Origin: the human T2T-CHM13v2.0 reference genome, Homo sapiens
Length of the DNA: 64,000 bases
Strand: one strand, 5' to 3'
NCBI RefSeq assembly: GCF_009914755.1
Contig: NC_060945.1
Positions 14,451 through 26,748 of this stretch are shown piece by piece. Position 1 is the first letter of the stretch. Each line of letters opens with the position of its first letter. The notes beneath the pieces were generated by a model. It had not been told where the DNA came from. It searched no databases and worked only from the letters and a program-made list of their open reading frames with translations. Made by a program: the position numbers and the translations under genes.

Positions 14451-15129
14451 CAGCTATACCATTGTAAACGGATGCCTAATTACTGTATATTTAAGTATAA
14501 AAAATAAAATACGTACAGTCTAAAAATATAAGAAAAAATTTTATAGAATATAATTTTGGGCATTGTGATTTAGAGAGAATTCCTTAACCTCAAATAAAAT
14601 TGACTTAGATAATCACCTACCTTGTTTTCACACCAAAATGATCAGAAACTTTCAAAACTTAATTCTTCAGCCAAAAAGGTAGAAAATAAACTAATTTTAA
14701 ATAAAAGACAATCGTGCTTAAGAGAAATGGCTACCTTGTTTACAGTTTCTGTTATGTCTCCTACAATTAACAAAAAGCTATTTTTTGTTAAGTGAAATAT
14801 ATATAAGCATATATATAATTTCTGATTGAAACACACATATTTCAATGTGTATTTTAAATACGTGTATTTATAATTTGTGTGTTGGAATACACATATTATT
14901 GAATGTGTGTTTGAAACATGCATACTGATTGAAATATATGCATTTATGTGTTTGAAATATACATGTTTCACTGATTGAAACATACACGTTTATAATAATC
15001 CATGTTTCTTGAGGATTTCAAATTATTTAACAATATTCAGATCCTAAAATATTCTATCTCTTATAAATTGAGAAACATTTATTATTTTCAATTGCACATT
15101 AATAGGTGAGTGAATAAACAAATTATGTT

Positions 15130-15565
15130 CAAAGAGCATACATTGTAGGACTTGAATACATTTCAATAGTCAGAATACAATCTATCTTGGCAAATGTTCC
15201 ATAGAAACTAGCAAAGAATGTGTTTTTTGGTGCCGTTAGATTGAGTGTTCTATGAATGTTAATTATGTCACTGTGGTTAATAATGCTATTTATGTGTTCA
15301 ATATCCTTACTAATTTCCTGTCTCATGGTTCTATCTACTATTCAGAGTGGTGTCAATATCTGCAACTATAATAAAGAACTTTTCTAGTTCTCCTTGCAAT
15401 TCTATTGCTTTTTCCTTATTTTACTTGAAGTTCATTATCAGATATAGAAATGTTTCAGATTGTTATGGCCTCTTGATGAATCAGCTCCTTTATTACTATA
15501 AAAAGATCCTATTATTTTAGGTAAAATGCTCTTCGCTAAAATTTACTTTTTGTGTGATATTACAA
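15130..15565 (-). mobile_element. Old L1M fragment (ORF2 endonuclease region)
   Basis: ORF 15129..15326 RQEISKDIEHINSIINHSDIINIHRTL...FFASFYGTFAKIDCIL is L1 endonuclease-like. Confidence 0.75.
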
Positions 15566-15569
15566 TAGC

Positions 15570-15714
15570 CACTATAACAGCTACCAACAAAAGAAATGAA
15601 CTATTGCTATGAACAATATAAATGATTCTCAGAATTATTTGTCCATAAGAAAAAAGCCAGAAACAAAAGACCATGTGTTTTATGATCCCATTTGTTAAAC
15701 ATACACACCCACAC

Positions 15715-15745
<31 letters not shown>

Positions 15746-15990
15746 TAGAAAAGTCAAACTAACAGAAAATAAAATAAAGATGATCAGTATTTTTCTGGCC
15801 ATGGGGAAAATGGGATGTGGTAGGAGAGAGAGATTTGAAAGTGCTACAAAACAACTTGGGGATAATAGATATGCTCATTATCTTGATTGTTTTGTTACTT
15901 TCACAGGTGTGTACATCTGGTAAAACTGATCATATTGTGTACATAAACTTGTGCAGTTTATTGTTTATCAAATGTGCCTCAGTAAACCAG
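15570..15990 (+). mobile_element. Old L1M 3' end fragment containing (CA)n at 15702-15742
   Basis: aaatgattctcagaattatt...tatgatcccattt...tgtgcagtttattgtttatcaaatgtgcctcagtaaa. Confidence 0.7.
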
Positions 15991-16530
15991 TGTAAATGCA
16001 ACTCACAGTCTTATTGCATTAGTAAAGTATAACAACATTTGTTCTGTGAACAATTGATAAGGTCAAATAGTAATTTCTCTGAAAAAAAATATGCATTTTA
16101 CTCTGAAGACATAAAATTATTCATGTAGTGCATTTCAATTTTTATATATAAAAATCCAAACAATTAAGAGTAACTGATGAAATATACTTCAAAATATTTA
16201 CATAATCTGTTGTTTAAGTTATCCCACTTTGATATCTTTATTTTCCCAAAGGCACACTAAAATGAATATATATTTGTATTTTTCCATGGGGAAATGTAGA
16301 TGCCTGTATGTAGATGCTGTTTTATTACACAGAGTAGTGAAAGGTTAGAGCTCAAAAGGGCTTTGGTTTTACATATGAAGAAGATAAGGTTTATTGAGTC
16401 TTGTTAATAATTCTGTACTAATTGATACTGAGCCTAGACCTTGTGTGCACTATGTATATATTTTTAAAGGGCATTCTGTAAAAGGCCTACTTTGAAAGAT
16501 TACTAGCATTGCTTTTTCAGGTTTTCTCAC

Positions 16531-16910
16531 TGATATGGTTTGGGTTTGTGTCCCCATCCAAATCTCATGTGGAATTTTCATCCCCAGTATTGGAGGAAGG
16601 GCTGGGTAGGAGGTGATTGGATCATGGTGGCGGATTTCCCCTTTGCTGTTATTGTGATAGTGAGGTCTCTCTATATCTAACTGTTACAAAGTATGTAGCA
16701 TCTCCCCCTCCACTCTCTTCCTCCTTCTCCAGCCAAGTAAGACATGCCTGCTTCCCCTTCACCTTCTGCCATGGTTATAAGTCTCCCGAGGTCTCCCGAG
16801 TCGTGCTTCCTGTATAGCCTGCAGAACTGCCAGTCAATTAAACCTCTTTTCTTTATAAATTACCCACTCTTGGGTAATTTTTTATAGCAATGTGAAAACG
16901 AACTAATACA
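16531..16910 (+). mobile_element. MSTA-like solo LTR
   Basis: TGATATGG...CTAATACA termini. Perfect 5-bp TSD CTCAC at 16526-16530 and 16911-16915. Confidence 0.92.
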
Positions 16911-16954
16911 CTCACCTAGTGAATGACCCAGGACCAGAACTCAGTTTTGCTGAA

Positions 16955-17075
16955 TCTGCATCCGCCTTATTCATTCATATTGTCTTCATTATGAATGAAG
17001 TATGGAGGATAAGGTCTGCATCCACCTCATTCATTCGTGTTGTCTTCATTAGGAATGAAGTATGGGGGATAAGGT
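16955..17075. repeat. 60-bp tandem duplication (2 copies)
   Basis: tctgcatccgccttattcattc...ggataagg at 16955 and tctgcatccacctcattcattc...ggataagg at 17015. Confidence 0.9.
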
Positions 17076-17594
17076 ATCATTTCGTTTCTTTTGTATTTCT
17101 TTTTCTACTTTTATTTTAGATTTGGGGGTACATGTGCAGGCTTGTTACATGGGTAAAGTGCATGTTGCTGGGGTTTGGTGTATAAGTGATTTCATCACCG
17201 AGTTAGTAACACAGTACCGGATAGATAGTTTTTACACTCTCCTCGGTGTCTACTATTCCTCTTTTGGTGTCTATGAGTACTCCACCTTTACCTCCCACAT
17301 ATAAGTGAAAAAATACAGTACTTGGTATTCTGTTCCTGCTTTAATTTAATTTAGCATAAAGCCTCCAGCTACATCCATGTTTCTGCAAAGGGCATGATTT
17401 CATTCTTATTACGGCTCTGTAGTATTTTATGATGTGTATGTACCACATTTTATTTACACAGTCCGCTGTCAATGAGCATCTAGGTCGAATTCATGTCTTT
17501 AGTATTGTGAATAGAACTGCAATGAGACTGAGTTCATTGCAGTATACCCCAGTTCACTGCAATATGAGTGCATGTGTCTTTTTGGTGGAACAAC

Positions 17595-18057
17595 TGATAT
17601 GGTTTGTATCTTTATCCCCACCAAATACCATGTTAAAATGTAATATCCAGTGTTAGAGGTAGGGTGTAGTGGAAGGTGTTGGGATCATTGATGAGGTAGA
17701 TCCCGCAAGAATGTCTTAATGGAATCTCCTTAGTGATGAGTGCGTTCACACAAGATCAGGTTGTTTAACAGTGTTAGGTGCCTCCCATTCTCTCTCTTTT
17801 GTTCCTACTTTTGCCATGTTATGAGTCTGTTCTCACTTTGCCTTCTGCCATGAGTAAAATCTCACTGAGGTCTCCCTAGAAGCCAAGAAGATGCTGGTAC
17901 CATGCTTGTACAGCCTGCAAAAGCATGAACCAATACGCCTATTTTCTTTATAAATTACCTAGAATTTCTTTCTAAATTCTTTATAAAATAAAACCTATTT
18001 TCTATATAAATTACCCAGTCTCAGGTATTTATACCATCACAAGAATGCCCTAAAACA
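17595..18057 (+). mobile_element. MSTB-like solo LTR inserted in the L1
   Basis: TGATATGG...taaaaca. TSD ACAAC/ACAAT. L1 sequence is contiguous on both sides. Confidence 0.88.
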
Positions 18058-20935
18058 ACAATTTATATTTGTCTGGGTGTGTACTTGATAATAGGATTAC
18101 TGGATTGAATTGTAGTTCTGTTCTAATTGATTTGAGAAATCTCCAAACTGCTTTCCACAGTGACTGAACTAATTTACATTACCACTGTCAGTGTATAAGC
18201 ATTGCTTTTCTCCACAACAACGTCAACATTTGTAATTTTCTGACATTTTAATAATAGGCATTCTGACTGGTGTTAGATGATATTTAATGGTGGTTTTGAT
18301 TTGCATGTGTCTAATGATTAGTGATGTTGAGGATCTTTTCACACGCTTGTTGGACGCATGAATGTCTTCTTTTAAGAAGTGTCTGCTCAAGTCCTTTGCC
18401 CATTCATACATGGGGTTGTTTGTTTTTTGCTTATTGATTTGCTTCTGTTCCTAACTGAGTCTCAGTATTAGACCTTTGTCAAATGCATACTTTGCAAATA
18501 TTTTCTCCTGTCCTGTAGGTTGTCGATTAACTCTGCTGATAGTTTCTTTTGCTATGCAGAAACTCTTTACTTTAATTAAGCCCCACTTTTCTATTTTTGC
18601 TTTTGTTGCAATTGCTTTTGGGGACTTCATCATTAATCTTTTCCAAGGCCAATATCCAGAATTATATTTCTTAGGTTTTCTTTTAGGGTTTTTGTAGCTT
18701 TGAGTCTCACATATAAGTTTTATTCCATCTCAAACTGATTTTTTTTCTTTCCCTATGTTTTTAGGACACCTCAAGCCAGTGAGTAGAGTTGATTTTGTGT
18801 ATGGTTTATGTTCTGTGTATGGTACATATTTTGTGTATGGCTCAATTTCAATCTTCTGCATATGGCTAGCCAGTCATCCTAGTACCATTTATTAAGAAGT
18901 CCTTTTCTCAATACTTGTTTATTTTGTCAAAAGTCAGATGGTTGTAGACGTGGGGCTTTATTTCTGGGTCCTCTGACTTGTCCATTGGTCTATGTCTCTG
19001 TTTTTGTACTAGTACCATGCTGTTTTGGTTTCTGTAGCCTTGTGATATAGTTTGAGGTAAGGTAGTGTCATGTCTTTGGCTTTGTTCTTTTTGCTTAGGA
19101 TTCCTTTAGCTATTTGGGCTCCTTTTTGGTTTTATATGAATTTGAAAATAGTTTTTTTTCCAGTACTGTAAATAATGTAATTGGGAGTTTGATAGGAATA
19201 ACTTTGAATGTGTAAATTGCTTTGGACTCAATGGTCATATTAACAATATTATTTCTTCCTATTCATGAGCATAAAATGTTTTTCCTTTTTTGTGTGTCAT
19301 ATCTGATTTCTTGCAGCAGTGCACCATAATTTTCATTGTAGAGATCTTTCACCTACTTGCTTAGATGTACTCCTCAGTATTTTATTATTTCTGTTACTAT
19401 AGTGAATGGGTTTGCATTCTTGATTTGACTTTCAGCTTGGATATTACTGGTGTATAGAAATGGTAATAATTTTTGCATATTGATTTTATATCCTGGAAAT
19501 TTACTGAAGTTGTTTATTAGTTCTAGGATTCTTTGGGCAGACTATGGGGTTTTCCAGGTATAAAATTATCATTAGTAAGCAGGAAGTTCAACTTTCTCTT
19601 TTCCTATTTGGATGCCTTTTATTTATTTACCTTGACTAATTACTCTGGCTAGGAATTTAATACTTATTGATTAGAAGTGTTGACAGTGAGCATTTGTCTT
19701 TTTTTCCAATTTTTAAGGAGAATTCTTTTGGTTTTTGCTCATTCAGTAAGATGTTGGCTGTGGGTTTGTCATAGATATCTGTTATTATTTTGATGTATGT
19801 TCTTTCAGAGACTAATTTATTGTAGATTTTCAACATAAAGTGATGTTGAATTTTATTGAAAGGCTTTTCTGCATCTATTGAGATGATTATGTAGTTTTTG
19901 CTTTTAGTTCTGTTTATGTGATGAATCACATTTATTGATTTGCATATATTCAACCAACCTTGCATTCCAGGAATAAAGCCTACTTGATAGTGGTGGACTA
20001 GCATTTTGATGTGCTGCTGGATTCGATTTCCTGGTATTTTCTTCAGAATTATTGTGTCTTTGTTCATCATGAATACTGATCTGCAGTTTTCTTTTTTTGT
20101 TAGGTCTCTGCCAGATGTTGGTGTCAGAATAATGCTGGTCACATAGAATAAGTTAGGGAGGAGTCTCTCCTCCCTGATTTCTTGGAATAATTTCAGTAGG
20201 ATTGGAACCAGGTTTTCTGAATACATGTGGTAGAATTTGGCTGTGAATCTGTCTAGTCCGTGGCTTATTCTAGTTGGTAGGGTTTTTTTTAACTGATTCA
20301 ATTTTGGAATTCATTATTGGTGTGTTCAGGATTTTAACTTCTTACTGGTTCAGTCATGGGAGGTTGTATGTTTCCAGGAATTTATCTATTTTCTTGTGTC
20401 TGTTTATAATAGTCTCTGAGGTTTTTTTTTTTTCTTTTTTTTTTGGATTTCTGTGTGGTCAGTAGGAATGCCCCCTTTGTCACTGCTGATTGTGTTTGTT
20501 TGGATCTTCCCCCTTTTTGGTTTTATTTATCTAGCTGGTGGTTTGTCAATCTTGTTCATTCTTGCAAAAAACCAAACTTTTGGTTTCATTAATCTTTTGA
20601 ATGGATTTTTGCTTTTCAGTTTTAATTTAGCTCAAATTTTTGTTATCTTCTCCTTCTAGCTTTGGGATTTGTTTGGTCTTGTTTTTCTAGCACCTCTAAG
20701 TATGATGTTAGGTTGTTAATTTGCAGTCTTTCTAATTTCTTGATGTAGGCATTTAGTATATAAACTTTCCTTTTAACAGTACTTGAGCTGTGTCCCAGAG
20801 ATGTACTTACATTGTGTATTTTTATTAGTTACAATCTTTTTTTGCCTTAATGTCATTTTTTATCCAAAAATCATTCAGGATACAGTTATTAAATGTCCAT
20901 GTCATTGTATGATTTTGAGAGATCTTGGTATTGGT

Positions 20936-21234
20936 TTCTTTCTTTTTTTTTCTTGAGACAGAATCTCTCTCTGTTGCTGAGGTTGGAGTGCAGTGGCACA
21001 ATCTCAGCTCACTGCAACCTCCGCCTCCCAGGTTTAAGCAAGTCTCTGCTTCAGCCTCCCAAGTAGCTGGGATTACAGGCACCTGCTACCACACCCAGCT
21101 AATTTTTTTGTATCTTAATAGAGATGGGGTTTCACCATCTTGGCTAGGCTGGTCTTGAACTCCTGACCTCATGATCTATCTGCCTCAGCCTCCCAAAGTG
21201 CTGTGATTACAGGCTTGAGCCATTGCACCCAGCC
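20936..21234 (-). mobile_element. AluS inserted in L1 ORF2
   Basis: Poly-T head and two Alu arms. Confidence 0.93.
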
Positions 21235-23127
21235 TTGGTGTCTATTTTTATTGCTGTGGTCTGAGAGTGTGGTTGATATGATTTCAGTTTTTTTTGGATT
21301 TGTTGAGAATTGTTTTATCACCAGTGTATGGTAGATCTTAGAGTGTTTGCTGTGTGCAGATAGGAAGAAAGTATGTTTTGTTGAGGGTGCATGGAGTATT
21401 TTGTCAAAGCCTATCAGGTCAGTTTGGTCAAGTGTTAATTTTAGATCCCAAGTATCTTTGTTAGTTTTCTGCCTTGATGATCTGTCTAACACTATTAATG
21501 GTGTGTTGAAGTCTCCCACTATTATTGTGTGGTTATCTAAGTCTCTTCATAGGTCTCGAAGAACTTGCGTTATGAATCTGGGTGCCACAGTGGTGGGTGT
21601 ATATATATGTAGGATAGTTGGGTCTTCTTATGTTGAATCTTTTATCATTATGTAATGCCCTTCTTTGTCCTATTTGATAATTGTTGGTTTAAAGTCTATC
21701 TTGTCTTAAATAGAATAGCAATGCTTGCTCTTTTTGGTGTTCCATTTGCTTGTTAGATCTTTCTTTGTCCCTTTACTTTGATCCTATGCATGTCATTTCA
21801 TGGGAGGTGGATCTCTTGAAGACAGCAGAAAGTTGGGTCTTGCTTCTTTATTCAACTTGGCACTGTGTGCCTTTTAGGTGGGACATTTTTCCTATTCACA
21901 TTCAAGGTTAACACTGATATGTGAGGATTTGACTCTGCCATTGTGTTCTTAGCTTGTTATTATGTACACTAGGTTGTATAGTAGCTTTATAGTGTCAGTG
22001 GGCTATGTACTTAAGTATGTTTTTGAGGTGTCAATTAATGGTCTTTTGTTTACATGTTTATGGCTACCTGAAGGACCTCTTGTAAGGCAGTTCTGGTGGT
22101 AATGGATTTCCTTAGTATTTCCTTTTCTGAAAATGATTTCATTTCTCCTTACCTTATGAAGCTTCATTCGTCTGGATATGAAATTCTAGGCAGGAATTTA
22201 TTTTCTTTTAGGATGCTGGAAACAAGCCCATAATCTCTTCTGGCTTGTAAGGCTTCTTCCAAAAGATGTGCTGTTAGCCTGATGGGATTCCCTTTATACA
22301 TGACTTGCCTTTCTCTTTAGCTGCCTTTTCTTTTATGTTGACTTTGGAGAATTTAATAATTATGTATCTTGTGGATTGTTGTCTTGTATAGTATCTTGCA
22401 GTGTTTCTCTGAATTTCCTGAATTTGCATGTCAACTTCTATAGCAGTATTTTGGAAATTTTCATAGACAATATCGTCACATACTTTTTTTAAGTTGTTTC
22501 ACCTCTCTCTTTCTCTTTCAGGAATGCTAATGAGTCATAGGTTTGGCCTCTTTATACAGTCTCATATTTCTTAGAAGTTTGTTCAATTTTCAAAATCTTT
22601 CTTTTTTATTTTTTCTGCTTTCTTTGAACTGGAGGAGCAGTCTTTGTGCTCTGAGATTCTTTCTTAAGCTTGGTCTGTTCTGTTATTAATGCTTCCAGTA
22701 GCATTCTGAAATTTCTGTAGTGAGTTTTTCATTTGCAGAAGTTCAATTTGGTTTCTATCTTAAAATGGTCATGTTGCCTTTCAATTATTGAATCCTTTTG
22801 CAGCGTTACTCAGATTGGATTTGAAGCTTCTCCCATATCGCCATGTGCTTCCTTGCTATCCACATTCTGAATTCTATGTCTGCCATTTCAGCCATATCAG
22901 ACTGGCTGAGAATCATTCCTGGAGAACTATTACAGCCATTTGGAGGCAAAAAGACATTGATATTTGTAGTTGCCAGAGTTCTTGTGCTGATTCTTTCTTG
23001 ACTATGTCTCTGGATGTTCCTTTGATCTTTGAAATTGCTGTCATTTGGGTGGGGCTTTTGCTTTTATATTGTTTGGTGCCCTTGAAGGTTTGACTGTAGT
23101 ATAAGTTAGGTTTAATTGATTGGCTTC

Positions 23128-23619
23128 TGATGTAGTTTGGCTGGGTCCCCACCCAAATCTCATCTTGATTTGTAGTACTTATAATTCCCACATGTTGTGG
23201 GAGGGACTGGGTGGGAAGTAATTGAATCATGGAGTGGTTACTGCCATGATGCTGTTCTCATCATAGTGAGTGAGTCTCACGAGATCTGGTGGTTATATGA
23301 AGGGTGGTTTCCCTGCACACACTCTCTCGTCTGCCACCATGTAAGACATGACTTTCTTCTTCCCTTATGTTCCTCCATGATTGTGAGGCCTCCCCAGCCA
23401 TGTGGAACTGTGAGTCCATTAAACCTCCTTTCCTTTACAAATTACCCAATCTTGGTAATAATTAATAATTATTAATAATTAATTTTAATTAAAATTAATA
23501 ATTAATAATTATTAATAATTAATTTTAATTAAAATTAATGATTAAAATATTAACAATTATTAATAATCAATAAAAACATTAATAATGTCTTTATTAGCAG
23601 CATAAGATGGACTAATACA
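23128..23619 (+). mobile_element. THE1 solo LTR carrying an AT-rich palindromic insert
   Basis: tgatgtagtttggctg...ggactaataca. TSD GCTTC/GCTAC. Confidence 0.9.
23456..23586. repeat. AT-rich tandem/palindromic repeat (40-bp unit x2 plus degenerate tail)
   Basis: attaataattattaataattaattttaattaaaattaat(a/g) at 23461 and 23501. Confidence 0.9.
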
Positions 23620-24561
23620 GCTACATTTCTGGAGGCTCAGCACTCCTGGGCTGCATGCTCTAAACTTCAGGGCTTGGACCATGCCCACAGCTTTGTTGTT
23701 TGGCCCCTCGACGTTAAACACCTACTCCACTGAAAGGGCAGAGGTTTTTTCATTCTACTGGCATCAAAACTCCAATGGGGGCTGCTGACTAAAGCACTTC
23801 AGTGGGTCAGTGGTGGGTTCACATGCATGTGTACACCAGCAAGGCAGCTGGGGGAGGTCAATGGTGAGTGCTCACAGGCTCCAGAAGGCTGCAGCTGGTG
23901 CATGCCTGTGGGATTCCATCTGGAAAAGCACTTTGATGAGTAGGAGTATGCCAGTGAAAAAGCTATGGCAGTGGCCACTGGCAGACTATGGCTGTGTTGC
24001 AAGCATATGCAGCCAGGCAGGAGCCCTTAGAGAGGTCAGCAGGGAGGGGGGACACTAAGATTAGACTACCCCATCCTACCAGCACAACACCCCTGCTTTG
24101 TCCAGGTCTAGCATCTAACAAAGGCTAAAGGCACCTAAAGCAACATAGCAAGCATTCAGAGATGTATACTCATGGATATTCTCCACTATAGCTGTTCCCA
24201 TGCCAAACCTGGGCTCCACATAGGCTGAAATTCAGTCTCTTCCAACTCTCTGGGAACTTCTTTCTATAAGCTAGTGGGGGTTGTGGGGTCTCCCACATCT
24301 AGGATCTAAAAAGTTCATTTTTTGGCCTCTCCATGCCTATGTTACTCACCTAATACCTATGAGCTGCTTAGGGTCAGGAACGGGTCATAGTGCTCAGCAA
24401 TCCCATGCAGGGTCCCCAGATTCCACACCAGCTGGGGGTCTTCATTCTTCCTGTCTCCACTTTCAATACCTTCTTTCCAAAGAACAGATTAGAGTGTGTT
24501 GCTCTGCATGATGGTATCCTCTATCTCAGTGGGAGAAGCTCTCTCTGGCTAAATCTATTAG

Positions 24562-24870
24562 TTTTTGTTGTTGTTCTTTTGTTTTGTTTTTTTGAATGGA
24601 GTCTCACTCTGTCACCCAATCTGGAGTTCAGTGGCACGATCTTGGTTCACTGCAACCTCTGTCTCCTGAGTTCAAGTGATTCTCCTGACTCAGCCTCCTG
24701 AGTAGTGATTATAGGTGCATGCCACAACACCAGCTAATTTTTTAATTTTTAGTAGAGATGGAGTTTCCTCATGTTGGACAAGCTGATCTCAAACTCCTGA
24801 CCTCAAGTGATCCACCTGTTTCGGCTTCCAAAAGTGCTGGGATTACAATCATGAGCCACCACACCCAGCC
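24562..24870 (-). mobile_element. AluS at the 5' end of the L1
   Basis: T-rich head and two Alu arms. Confidence 0.92.
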
Positions 24871-25023
24871 AGGCCATTCACTGTTATTCCACTTTGACAT
24901 CTTATCTACTAAAGACAATTTTAATGAAAATACTCTTCCAGATGAACAGTTAAATTATTTCATTTATATTATTTAGGTAAATTTTGTGACCTACAAGCAG
25001 TGAAAATACAAATTTTGAAACTA

Positions 25024-25435
25024 GTTATAGAAATAAAAGTGACTCCAACTTGGATGCTAATCTGCCATGTTGACTTCTGATTAGCCCTACTCCTGTGAAT
25101 ACTTCCTGATTTCTATTTTATTTTTTCACTGTCCTTAGTGTAAGAATAAGGCAAACTTGATGTTATCACATAAATGTAGGGTAGAGGCATGTAGCATTGT
25201 TACCTAGTCTGGAGGGTTGTCTTTAATTGTGTTGCTCAGACCACTTATATCTTTCCTCTATGGTATATAGCCCTTGGTACTGGCGAGTATCAGTGTGGAG
25301 TTATACCTGTCTTGCTACCACCCAAGACCATGTTTCGCTGTCTGTAAGTTCCCAGATGAACTATCCTTTAGAGACAAACTAAATATGTCTGTCTTGTTCT
25401 TTTGTTTCTAGACTCCTTTGGCCTTTCATGGAACA
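25024..25435 (+). mobile_element. Solo LTR, LTR47-like
   Basis: gtgactccaacttggatgctaatctgccatgttgacttctgattagccc, TATA-like ggtatatagccc, then cacccaagacca. Matches my recall of the LTR47 consensus. Confidence 0.7.
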
Positions 25436-25799
25436 CTATTCAAAATTGATTGTACAAACCTGACTTTTCAAAAGTATTAATAAAATACAGTGAAAATGAC
25501 AAGTAGAAATTCAGATGACACAAAAATTATTAGGACATCCAAGCAAAACTGGGTTAATTTTTTAAAATATAAAATAAATCATGAATTTCTACACAGCCAA
25601 AGGAATTTATCTTAACATAGGCCAGAAAACAGTTACAGAGAAATCAAACCATCATTATTACAACTACCTTGCCATAAACTGAGATAATTAAAGTGGAAAA
25701 ACTTGAAGTTTTTCAAAATGAAGTGGAATATTTATTTTGCATTTTGGATAAATCTTAATGTAGCTTTGCTAGAAAAATAAATTTTAATTAAAATAAGTG

Positions 25800-26085
25800 A
25801 GCTGGGCACAGTGGCTCATGTCTGAAATCTCAGCACTTCAGGAGGCCAAGGAGGGCAGATCACCTGAGGTCAGGAGTTTGAGACCAGCCTGGCCAACATG
25901 GTGAAAACCCATCTCTACTAAATATACAAATATTAGCCAAGGGTGGTGACACATGCCTGTAATACCAGCTACTCGGGAGGCTGAGGCAGGAGAATTACTT
26001 GAATACAGAGGCAGAGGTTGCAGTGAGCTGAGATCACACCACTGCACTAGAGCCTGCGTGACAGAGTGAGACTCCATCTCAAAAA

Positions 26086-26124
<39 letters not shown>

Positions 26125-26127
26125 AAA
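25800..26127 (+). mobile_element. AluSx/Sz-like element with an (AAAT)n tail
   Basis: Two Alu arms and a tetranucleotide tail. Confidence 0.95.
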
Positions 26128-26748
26128 GAAATAGACAAGTGGTACCTTAAAATTATATGTAAAAGTAATGGTTGTGAGAAGTTTGAAACACAATATGGAT
26201 AAAAATGAAATAAATAATGTTTGTCACTTTATTAAGAATAAATGAAGAAAAGAAAGATGAAAGAAGAAAAATAAACCAATAAATTTATTTTTTTGCTGCT
26301 ATTGTAAAAGGGGTTAACCTATTGATTTGATTCTCAGCTTGGTCACTATTGATTCTATTTGCTATCATATCCATTGTACTGCTGGTTCCATCTGGTATAT
26401 TTTTATTCTATTTTACGTTTTAATTTTAAAACTTTCATTTGTATACTTTTATAACGTTTATTTTTGTTGGAATTTCCCATTTTAAAATTTCTTTCAAGAT
26501 AATCTGTAATTGATAATTGAAATGATTTTTAGATAGCTACATTAACATCATTTAAGATAATTCTGATATCTGATTCATTTCAGTGATAGGCTTAGTTGAT
26601 CATATTTTTTCAATAAACTTATGAATTCTTAAATGTTAGTATGATGGGTTATTTTCAAATGAATCCTAGTCAGTTTGTATTATTTTGTTAGCACTGGGTC
26701 TTTAATATCTATCCTTATAATTTTGTCTTGAATACATACATGTGGTGT

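Larger units (their letters stand above)
17085..24560 (-). mobile_element. Near full-length decayed LINE-1 (L1PB/old L1PA class) with nested MSTB, Alu and THE1 insertions
   Basis: T-rich 3' end then L1PB-type 3' UTR. ORF2 remnants include 19657..20301 (RT: [26 protein letters not shown]) and 21169..21519 (EN: GDFNTPL). ORF1 at about 22000-23100, 5' UTR at about 23620-24560. Many stops and deletions. Confidence 0.92.

Noticed and set aside
16955-17075. Repeat pair as a CRISPR-like array
   Set aside because: Only two abutting copies, no spacers, and a eukaryotic context.
19657-20301. Longest ORF (214 aa), reverse-transcriptase-like
   Set aside because: A fragment of decayed L1 ORF2 with stops and frameshifts on both sides. 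Not a retron or a domesticated gene.
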